From Octopus vulgaris (Eukaryota): a DNA stretch of 64,000 nt. The stretch is taken from the NCBI GenBank assembly GCA_951406725.2, contig OX597820.1, positions 53,816,001 through 53,880,000 of the forward strand, read 5' to 3'. This document shows, piece after piece, positions 53,935 to 64,000 of the stretch (within the stretch, counting starts at the first letter, position 1; each line of letters begins with the position of its first letter). The translations under genes were made by a program, and so were the position numbers. The notes under the pieces were generated by a model. The model was not told the origin of the DNA. It saw only the letters and a program-made list of their open reading frames with translations, and did no database searches.

Positions 53935-54148
53935 CACATCGCCATGTTGATTCGTTAGCTACTGCACGCATTTTTTTCTCTCCTTCTTTCTGTGTTTTTT
54001 CTCTCTGTGTATCTTTCTGTTGAAGAGCGTAGGCTCGAAACGTTAAAGACTTGTTTTATTTATATTTCCTGAGCGCCATACTAATACAATTGTTCGTTTG
54101 TCTTCCACCTGCCTTCGTCTTTTGTCTATTTTCATAAAGCTTCCCGTT
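53935..54148 (+). mobile_element. Penelope-like terminal repeat remnant with core-variant hammerhead (54012-54049)
   Basis: UCUUU-CUGUUGA-A-GAGC-GUAG-GCUC-GAAAC-GUU-AAAGA; ends at (TA)n; homologous to 2823-3036. Confidence 0.5.
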
Positions 54149-54876
54149 ATATATATATATATATAAGTGTATATATACAGAGAGATGTATGTTTACAGAT
54201 GCTTGTACATGTGTGTATATGTGCGTGTATGTGTGTGTGTGTGTGTTTTCATATGCCTTTTGTCAGACTTTGTATTTCATCCCGCAGAGTGCCCCAAATC
54301 AACATCCTCTCTAAGCAGGCCAATGGCGCAACATGGTGCAGGTGGGTAGCATACCTTCATGCAAGTCGAGAAACCCTGATGCAGAACTAATGTCTACAAT
54401 GGTGTTTCACTTCCTGTACACATGGCAAGTCATATTTGCACTGCAAGATCAGGAAACCGCTTCAGACACTTCGACAATTTATTGCACACCACGAGCAGTA
54501 CTAATCGGACCATATCAACATATGTATCTCAGCGTGTGTGCATTTGTGTATTTGCGAGAGAAAGAGAGGGAGAGAGAAAGAGAAAGAGGGAAAGAGTACG
54601 AATGCGCGTCCGTGTGTTTGTATTTCTATGTACGTACAATCTCTCAATGTTTTATCCAAAAGCTGTTCTCCACAACACAATCAGGGCTTCTTTCTAGAGC
54701 AGATTTTCTGTACTGGGGTTTATACGGCCCTTGTGGGGTCCTACGATTTTGTTGTAGAAATTTATCTGTAATGAATTGGTTGTACCTCTACAATAACAAA
54801 ATATGTTAACAATGTCTTTTTACAGTTCTTGATAATATTTTATAATAAAAAGGTAAAAGTCATCTTTTTAACATTG

Positions 54877-55040
54877 GCGCAGGAGTGGCTGCGTGGTAAG
54901 TAGCTTGCTTACCAACCACATGGTTCCGGGTTCATTCCCACTGCGTGGCACCTTGGGCAAGTGTCTTCCACTGTAGCCTCGGGCCGACCAAAGCCTTGTG
55001 AGTAGATTTGGTAGACGGAAACTGAAAGAAGCCCGTCGTG
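54877..55040 (+). mobile_element. tRNA-derived SINE 5' half
   Basis: GGCGCAGGAGTGGCTGCGTGGTAAG...GGGTTCATTCCC...; multiple homologous copies in this window. Confidence 0.8.
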
Positions 55041-55093
55041 TATGTATATATATATACATACATACATATATTTATATATATATATATATATAT

Positions 55094-55161
<68 letters not shown>

Positions 55162-55605
55162 GTGTGTGTGTATATGTTTATCATTCACAACTAGTATACT
55201 ACCCACGATAATTTCAGCGAAAACAGAAGCATTTTGGCAGTAACTCGCTGATATTTCCCCTGGCTATGTGTTCATCCGATTCTTTCTTCTTAAGTCGAAG
55301 GTTAATAACCTAACATAATCAGTGCGCCCGGGTGAGATCTCTGTCACTCTTAGTTTCTCATGTACCTAGATATATCAGGTCTTGCTTACATCGCCCACTA
55401 TCTTAACTCACTCTTTATCAACAACATGCTTGCTGTCACCTCTATTGACTCTTATTCCCATGAAGATTATACCACTGTTTATAAACAGGCGTCAACTAGA
55501 TTCAGTAAAGACATTTAACGTCAAACACGTGCTGCTTCCGTGAACACAAACCTTGAAAACGATGTCCAATGAGACCTACGATAGAAAACACTTCTTACAT
55601 TCGGA

Positions 55606-55651
<46 letters not shown>

Positions 55652-55856
55652 TGTTGTTGTTGTTGTTATTGTTGTTGTTGAGCAACAAGACGGGTAAGGG
55701 TGATTAGGTGATGGTCTAGGGCTTAGGGGCGGGAGACCCCAAACCTTGGAAAAAAAAAACTTTGGTCGCCTTGTTGTAGTCGAGGGCTCTTCGTTGACGT
55801 CCTACACCACTGGGAGGTGGCCCTCGAAGTCGCTGGAAATGAAGATCTCCAGGTCC

Positions 55857-56245
55857 AAATTCTTGAATGGCTGCTGCTGCTATATACAAGCACATCTTAG
55901 TTTGAATTAACAAGAAATCCATTGGTTGATTATCAAAAATTCGTCACAAGCAAACTTCAACCTCTACTTCATAGACATATCCTCGAATCCTGCCTTTTCT
56001 TCCGCTATTACAATGGTTTCTTCTCCTAGCTAGCAGCATACCACTTCCGCCGGAACCATTCCGACACAATCACTACTCCCCCTTCTGCCGTATCCATTTA
56101 CAGTTTTCATTCCCAGGCTCAGCTCAAACCACTGTTACCCAACCATTACTTCGCAGAATATCAGACATCTGAAATTTCCTTCCTAACCACGTATTTCTTA
56201 CAGCTGTCAATCAGCAGTTTTTCAACCTGAACACCAATCATTTCA
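55857..56245 (-). promoter_or_regulatory. Candidate promoter (TATA + CCAAT + ETS-like motifs)
   Basis: TATATA at 55881-55886, CCAAT on the minus strand at 55921-55925, CACTTCCG/CCGGAA at 56042-56055, further CAATCA/CCAATCA at ~56208 and ~56234, in non-repetitive sequence. Confidence 0.35.
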
Positions 56246-56499
56246 GACTTACCAAACTTTGTGAAGATTATATGTACAATGACCATAAAATATTATTTTA
56301 ATACGTGTGTCTGTGTATCTGCATATCATTTACATGGCTGTTGATGGCATTTTTTTTTTTAGTATTTAATAAGAGAAACAGACAATGCCCATCGCGTGTT
56401 TAGATTGTATTGTATTAGAAAATAACCTGGTGATTTCAAAGAAAAAGAGTTACAAGGAGGAAGATTGAATAAAATATCATTTTCAAATTTGACATAATG

Positions 56500-57003
56500 C
56501 TAGCAATTTCGGGGGTTTGGTAAGTTGGTGACACTATCCCCAGTGATCGACTTGTACTTATTTTATTGACCCTGGAAGGATGAAAGGCAAAGTTGACCTC
56601 GCCGGAATTTGAACAAGAAAAGTAAAGAGGAACGAAATGCCGCTCAGCATTTTGCCCTGCGCTAACGATTCTGCCAGCTCGCCACCTTATTTTCAATTTT
56701 GGGCACAAGACCCGCAATTTAAGGGGTGGGCACTAGTCGATTACATCGATCCCCAGTGCTTGACTGATATTAATTTGATCGACCTCGAAAGGATGACGGG
56801 TAACGTCCGCCTCGATTGTATTTTAACTGAGAATGTAAAGAAGAATAAAGTATTGGTTTCAAATTTTGGCACAAGGCCAGCAATTTCGCGGGAGGGGATA
56901 AATCGATTACATCGACCCCAGTGTTCAACTGGTATTTATTTTATCGACCACAAAAGAAGGAAAGGCAAAGTCGATCCCGGTAGAATTTGAACTGAGAACG
57001 TAA
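56500..57003 (-). mobile_element. Cluster of decayed SINE fragments
   Basis: Repeated GATTACATCGACCCCAGTG..TATCGACC..AAAGGCAAAGTCGA blocks homologous to 20862-21271. Confidence 0.7.
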
Positions 57004-57301
57004 AGGATAAAATATCAAAATCAGTTCTTGTATAATGGAGTGCATAAGGAGATCGGAAACTGGTAAATGCATTAGGTGGAAGCAGTGAAGAGTTAACTAT
57101 TCAGAGTAGCAGAGATCATTGTAGATATTACACAAGCAACAATGGTTGTCACGAATTCCGTTTGTAGCTTGTGTTGTAGATTCTTAGTCGAATGGTATTT
57201 TGCTTGTATGCAGTATTTTATTCAAGTCGCTGTCAGGAATATACAACCCTAGTAATATGAACCAGTAAGTGTTTATTTGCGTGTGTATGTGTGTGTGATT
57301 T

Positions 57302-57350
<49 letters not shown>

Positions 57351-57926
57351 CTACTTGGTGTTTATGAAGAAAAAAAAGAAAGAAATTTGCTGCTTTGGTT
57401 GTACTACAGAAGAAAAACCTTTCCTTTTCTTCGATTCACTTTTTGCTATGTGAACTATGTCAAGATGCATGTTCTCTATTCATGTATCATTTACCGTAAT
57501 ATCAACCATATCATTTGTACAGTGTCTGCGATCCTTTAAAATATTTGGCAATAAAATAAGGCATGACAATTACCCTCGCTGTATTGTGTTTTATAAGAAG
57601 AATATATATTTCAGCAGCTTCTGATAAAGATTTAAAGTGTAAGTTTTAGACGCTACATCAAACGCATTAATGGGAACCTCATACTACTGAAAATCTTTAA
57701 AAACATATGAACGAGATGAAGCAAGGTTTGCCATGCGATTAAGAAGTTCGCTTCGTAACAACATAGTTGTGAGGTCGAGCGCACTCTGCAGCATCTAGGC
57801 ATTTAGAGCAACTGTCTTCGAAAATAGCTTCCACTTAACCAGAGGCTTGTGAGTGTAATTTCGTTGAGTGAAACTGTGCAGAAACCCAGGACACACACAC
57901 ACATACGTACACACACGCACATACAT

Positions 57927-58037
<111 letters not shown>

Positions 58038-58075
58038 GGAGAGAGGGAGACAGAGAGAGATTGAGAGAGTGTGTG

Positions 58076-58865
58076 TGGATGCGGTGAATAAATTATCTAA
58101 ATTATGAAAAAATGAAAATAACCCTGACATCTCAATTGAACAGATATATTCACCAAAATCATATCAAGATATCTTGAAATATTAAAGAGTAAATCTATTT
58201 AATAAAATCGCCATTGGCTTCAATCACGGCCTCCAGGCGACTTCGGAATCTCCTGCATCTCTTTTGGACGATCTCCTTGTTTAAGCTGGTGAATGCTTCC
58301 AGAATCCTTGCTTCCAGTTCATCTTTGGTGTTCCAAAGAGTTTTGTTGGTCTCTCGCTCAATTTCATACCACAGTCTGGGGAATTAAATGACCAGCTGTT
58401 AGGGCTGATATGGTCGCAAAAAATGTCTGACAACCATGACTGGGTTCTCCTGATGCAGAGAACTGTTGCCAGACATAAGGTCTTCCAGTAGCCACCCTTT
58501 TGACCCAGCGCGGCACTACCTGCTCCAGGCACTTTATGTAGGTCACCATGTTGAGTCTGAAGCCGTTTGGGAAGATGAATAAAGGCATAACATTGCCATC
58601 ACAAGTGATCACGCCAAACACAATTATGTTGACCAGATGTTGACTTTTATCGCTCTCGGTACATATCCTCTGATTGCACAGTACTCAGATTGGCACCCAA
58701 ACACGAAATGTTCGTATTGGAGCATCCGGCTCGAATGCCAAGCAGTAGAGCATGTTTCCAAATTTCTGGCAGAGTGAATTGCGTCAGTGTTGTTTTTTCT
58801 CACAAACAATGCGTATGCACGAAATCAAGAATATAAAATGGCGACAATTTACCCATCGCACCCTG
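58076..58865 (-). mobile_element. Internally deleted Tc1/mariner-superfamily element, DD37D (maT)-like
   Basis: Minus-strand fragments FGVITCDGNVMPLFIFPNGFRLN..YIKCLEQVVPRW..GRPYVWQQ and PNSWSFNSPDC; TIR-like ends CAGGGTGCGATGGGTAAATTGTC (rc, 58865) and degenerate GGATGCGGTGAATAAATTATC (~58077). Confidence 0.75.
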
Positions 58866-58909
58866 TGAGTGTGTGTGTGTGTGTGTGTATGTATGTGTAA
58901 TATATGTAA

Positions 58910-59279
58910 CTAGCACTATGACCCGACGTTGCCGGGTCATAGTGCTAGTGTATGCATATACAGCTGCGTGCGTGCGCACATACACGCGAGTACTGTCCAA
59001 ATCTCCGACCAATCACATACAGCTAGCTGGCATTCAATTGGCGTATCAAGTTTCGGGCATTTTGATTGGGTTTTGGATAGAAAATTTACAAAAAAGTTAT
59101 TTCTATCGATTTTTTAATGGCTTTACTGGGTGACTGGGGAAATGTAAAGATGTGCACGACCACCCTTGGGCGGTTTTGAAAGACCATAGAAAGTGCGAGC
59201 TCTCTAACTGAAAAGTTGTGGACTTGTATAAAGGACACCAACACAGACAGACATTTTGCCGTTTATATATATAGAGAGA
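58910..59279 (-). mobile_element. Non-autonomous Helitron
   Basis: Minus strand A|TC start (TCTCTCTATATATATAAACGG) and CTAG|T end with CCCG..CGGG hairpin; same layout as 1635-2029. Confidence 0.8.
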
Positions 59280-59727
59280 TAAAGGATAAAGAGTTAGCCG
59301 AATAGGGAGCGTAAAATGAAATTAAATATGGAGCAACACTGTCTGTATATATGTTTTGCCGAATTATATTGACGAAATATTCCAAACAACAGAGACTTTC
59401 GAACAAAATCCCTCTTTAATATGTCTTCCTCCATGTATGCGCAAATTTCAACTTAGACGTTCAAATATTTTTATGTAATGCTGCAGAAAATACATCCATA
59501 GGTATAAATCCATTGTAATGATTAGCCGAATATTAAATAACAAACATAACGAGCAAAGTCCTTTGTGGTTGGTGGATGGTGGTGGTGGTGGTGGTGGTGG
59601 TGGTGGTGTTTCGGTGGTGTTGTTGATGGTGGTGTTGCTGAGATCGAAAAGACCTAGATCCCGAAATTTTAGAAATATGTATGTATGGCTGTACATTTTC
59701 TAAATATTTCATTTTCATTTCATTTAT

Positions 59728-59933
59728 AGACGTAGGGATGGCTGCGTGGTAAGTAGCTTGCTTACCAACCACATGGTCCCGGGTTCATTCCCACTGCGTG
59801 GCATCTTGGGCAAGTGTCTTCCACTATAGTCTCGGGCCGACCAAAGCCTCGTGAGTGGATTTGGTAGACGGAAACTGAAAGAAGCCCGTCATGTATATGT
59901 ATATATATATCTATGTATATATATATATATATA

Positions 59934-59987
<54 letters not shown>

Positions 59988-60173
59988 TCCCATCCTAACA
60001 TCGATTGACAACCGATGTTGGTGTGTTTACGTCCCCGTAACTTAGCGGTTCGGCAAAAAAGACCGATAGAATAAGTACTAGGCTTCCAAAGAATAAGTCT
60101 TGGGGTCGATTTACTAGACTCAAGGCGGTGCTCTAGCATGGCCACAGTCAAATGACTGAAACAAGTAAAAGAG
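59728..60173 (+). mobile_element. tRNA-derived SINE, full-length, with internal (TA)/(TG) microsatellite
   Basis: Head GGCTGCGTGGTAAG..GGGTTCATTCCC, body, tail GGCGGTGCTCTAGCATGGCCACAGTCAAATGACTGAAACAAGTAAAAGAGTA. Confidence 0.85.
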
Positions 60174-60227
60174 TATGTCTTGAGAAAGCAGTGTATGATT
60201 TGAGGGAATAATTTAGTCGTTCCATGA

Positions 60228-60430
60228 TGGTGCACTGGTAGAATCGTTACCGTGGGGGGTAACGATGCTTTGCGGCATTTCGTCCGTCCTTTACATTCTA
60301 AGTTCAAATTCCACCGAGGTCAACTTTGTTTTTAGTGATCAATAAATAAGTACCACTTGTGAACTGGAGTCGATGTAACTGACTTGAACCCAACCTTGAA
60401 ATTGCAGGCTTTGTGCCAAAATTTGAAATC
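60228..60430 (+). mobile_element. Decayed SINE
   Basis: AAGTTCAAATTCCACCGAGGTCAACTTTG homologous to 21639-21867. Confidence 0.6.
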
Positions 60431-60477
60431 TGTTATTTTGCCACTCCATTTTGCAATTCGTGTGATCACGTAGTCGC

Positions 60478-60485
60478 TTCTCTGT

Positions 60486-60523
<38 letters not shown>

Positions 60524-60642
60524 TCCTCTCTCTCCCTCCCTTCCTCCCTCTCTCTCCCTCTCTCTCTCTCTCTCCCTTCCTCTCTCTCTCCCTCCCTTCC
60601 TCTCTCTCTCCCTCCCTTCCTCCCCCTCTCTCTCTCTCTCTC
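60478..60642. repeat. Homopyrimidine (CT/CCT)-rich tract
   Basis: Directly visible. Confidence 0.9.
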
Positions 60643-61499
60643 ATTCTATCCTTGGGATCTGAATCACCTTATTTATGCCATACGTGCCGCTAGCAAAAAA
60701 AAAAAAGGGAAAAAAAAATAAACAAACAATTTTGCCATTAATGAGAAAATTTATGCCTATTTAAAAACAAAACAAAGCGGGGTCTGATTGAGCAGACTAA
60801 CGATCAAAGCCTGTCACAAGCCCCACTTTCCCTATTCTTTTTAGATGGATGTGTTCTTTTGCTGGTTGTTGCTTGTGTTTTTTTTTTTCAAGCATAGCAT
60901 ATCCAGGACTATATTATTTATCATCTACATCCAATATGTTGTACTTTTTCGTGGTATTGAGAAAACAAACAAACAAACCTTATTATTACATTGTATACCT
61001 TCGTCCCTCAATGTTTCTCTTCTCCCTTAATCTTCTACCGTTCTTTCAGACACTATAGCCCTCTATCTATCTCTATCTCAAACTCTCTTCCTCTCTCTCT
61101 CTCTCCTTTTCCCCTCTTTCTCTTATCTCCCTTACATATCTCACCCTTACATCTATTGCCCCCTATGTCGCCCTTAAAGATTTTACTACCGTCGTGTCAC
61201 CGTCGTTTCAAAAAGGATGGCGATCTCATCATCATTTCAAACATAATATGTGGCAAGGAATGTGAAATCTCTTGCCCTTTTTTTTTCTCACCCTATCCCA
61301 GCAGGGTTGTTCTCCTCGTTTTGTTAGACAGGTTATGAGGGTTGCCCCCAAGACAATGGGACTTGGTGATAGTGGGCGGGCGAGGATCTCTTCGTTCTCG
61401 TCTTCCTTGCTATCCTATGTTTTCGTAGTAGTGTTCTAATTGCTTTTTTTTTTTTATTTATCTTCCATCGCATCATTCTTTTTCTTTTAATTCTTCTGC

Positions 61500-61548
61500 T
61501 TATCATCATTTCGACGTCGTCACCGTCGTCGCCACCACCACCACCACT

Positions 61549-61589
<41 letters not shown>

Positions 61590-61801
61590 CGCTGCAGTTA
61601 TCGTAATCCCGCATCACCACCACCACCATCATCATCATCATCATTATCACCGTCGTCGTCGTCGGCATCGTCACAATCATCATCATCATCATCATCATTA
61701 TCAACGCTGCCGTTATCGTTATCCCGTATCATCATCACCACCACCACCACCACCACCACCATCATCATCACCGTCGCCGTCATCGTCACAATCATCATCA
61801 T

Positions 61802-61836
<35 letters not shown>

Positions 61837-61913
61837 ACGCTGCCGTTATGGTAATCCCGCATCACCACCACCACGACCATCATCATCATCACCATCACCG
61901 TCGTCGTCGTCAC

Positions 61914-61951
<38 letters not shown>

Positions 61952-62318
61952 CCATCATCATCATCACCATCACCGTTGTCGTCGTCACAATCATCATCAT
62001 CATCATCATCGTCGTCGTCGTCATCATCGTCATCATCATCATCATCATCATCATCAACGATGATTACGTTATCGTAATCCCGCATCATCACCACCACCAC
62101 CACCACCACCATCATCATCATCGTCGTCGTCGTCGTTGTCGTCGTCATCGTCATCATAGATTTACAGTTATTTGTCTTATCCAAAATACAAATGTTCCTA
62201 TCTATTTATGTTACTTCGCTAATTGAATATTTAATGATGATACTAAGCTGTCGTCATTATTGTTGGTCATGTCAAGATGTGGGCAATGTTGGCAGAGTTG
62301 TTGTTGCTGCTGTTATTG

Positions 62319-62388
<70 letters not shown>

Positions 62389-62690
62389 CAGCAGTAGCTG
62401 CGGCTGCAGTTGTAGTTGTAGTAGTAATATTTGTAGTAGTTGCTTTTTGTTGTGATACTGTTGGTGGAGGAGGTTATGATGGTGGTGGTGGTGCTGGTGG
62501 TGGTAGTGGTGGTGCTGGTGGTGGTGGTGGTGGTGGTGGTGGTGGTGGTGGTGGTGGTGGTGGTGACGCTGGTGGTGGTGACGCTGGTGGTGGTGACGCT
62601 GGTGGTGGTGGTCTTAGTGATGATGGTAGTGTTGATAGTTTTTATTGCAGTGGTGGTGGTGATGGCAATACGGGTGAGGTAGTTGAGTTA
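61500..62690. repeat. (CAT/CAC/CGT)n higher-order repeat followed by (GTA/GGT)n region
   Basis: Directly visible; anchor motif CAACGCTGC.GTTATCGTAATCCCGCATC recurs at 61587, 61702 and 61835, with a variant at 62055. Confidence 0.9.
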
Positions 62691-63266
62691 TAGTAACGTT
62701 TAGTGATATTGATAGCATTAGTAATGTTTCTGCCTTGCTGTTTTTTTTTTGTTCTTGTTTCATCCCCTGTCCTAACCCAAAGGACCTATAACAAAATGTA
62801 ATTCCACCCCGACCATCGTATCGTTTTAGAGATACACCTAGCACTGAATTATCCAATGCTACCTTTCACAATCAAGAAGAGTCGCTTTAGCAGCATTGTC
62901 GGCTTCTGGGCAAATCTGTGCACTGGACCCTAAAGTATCTATTTATTGACAGAAATTGACGACATACATAGATCAGAACTGGACCCCTGGGCACCTCCCC
63001 ACTGTGCCCATAGAACTGTGCTCAAAATGGAAGCAACCAAAATAACATTTGGCTACTATTTCTAGCAGATCCAGCGACCAAACATAGGTTCCATCCTTGA
63101 TTCGACTGGAGTTGCGATGTGAGAAAGCGGAGTTGTGTATGAATCAGGAGAGAGGTAGATGACAATATTTAAAAAGTAGAGACAGGAGAGGATAAATAAA
63201 GTGTTGCCAGACTCCACATGAAATATTGACTTCTACCCTACTGTTGCCATCTTACCAATGTTTGTA

Positions 63267-63363
<97 letters not shown>

Positions 63364-63506
63364 GTTTAGCCGTACCATTTATTATCTTGTTGTTGATATG
63401 TATTAAAGCGGAAGAACTTAAATCTAATGACTAAAATATGGCAAAACAAAGTCTAGACTGCAGGTCTCCGTCATAGATACCCCGAGAAAAGTTGAGAGGA
63501 GTAGGT

Positions 63507-63560
<54 letters not shown>

Positions 63561-63863
63561 GGAGAGAGAGAGATAGAGAAGAAGAAGAATCAGAGGCAGA
63601 GAGAAGCAGAAAAACACGTGTGTTATCCAATAATGTAACCATGAGAGAAATTTCTTGTCTGCAACTTTCGAGACATTTTGACGCAAGCAGTTATTATCCT
63701 TCAGCTATATAAACCAGGAATAGGTAAAGCATTTAAAGATATGTAAATAATGAGCGAGTTGTTTGGAAGTGAAATTATTGAAATAGAAAATTATATAACA
63801 CCCCCCACCCACATCCCCACATCCACCCACACCCTCACATCCACCCACACATTCATACCCACA

Positions 63864-63900
<37 letters not shown>

Positions 63901-63952
63901 TTGTATATGCGTGTGTATGTATGTATGTATGTATGTATGTATGTATGTATGT

Positions 63953-64000
<48 letters not shown>

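Overview
AT-rich eukaryotic non-coding DNA saturated with microsatellites ((TA)n, (CA)n, (CATA)n, (GATA)n, trinucleotide tracts). The repeat landscape and SINE types resemble an octopus (coleoid cephalopod) genome; this is an inference from recognition, not a database result. I find no credible intact protein-coding gene: almost every ORF in the track is a microsatellite read-through. Recognisable content: many tRNA-derived/CORE-type SINEs; decayed DNA transposons (a DD34E Tc1-like element with TIRs, a pogo/Tigger remnant, a DD37D/maT-like remnant, mariner-derived MITEs); non-autonomous Helitrons; and an RTE-clade LINE 3' remnant. The most interesting signal is a set of type I hammerhead ribozyme motifs with palindromic helix III, carried by short non-coding units in or beside (TA)n tracts: a 470-bp unit in 2.4 near-identical tandem copies (41361-42479), a 407-bp unit with an 84-bp terminal redundancy (49374-49864), an older unit at about 45.8-46.1 kb, and core-variant copies at 54.0 and 2.9 kb. 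This fits non-LTR retrozymes or Penelope-like pseudo-LTRs. Several fold-back palindromes also abut (TA)n tracts. A CCAAT/TATA promoter-like island with a structured ~100-nt downstream segment lies at about 55.6-56.2 kb on the minus strand.
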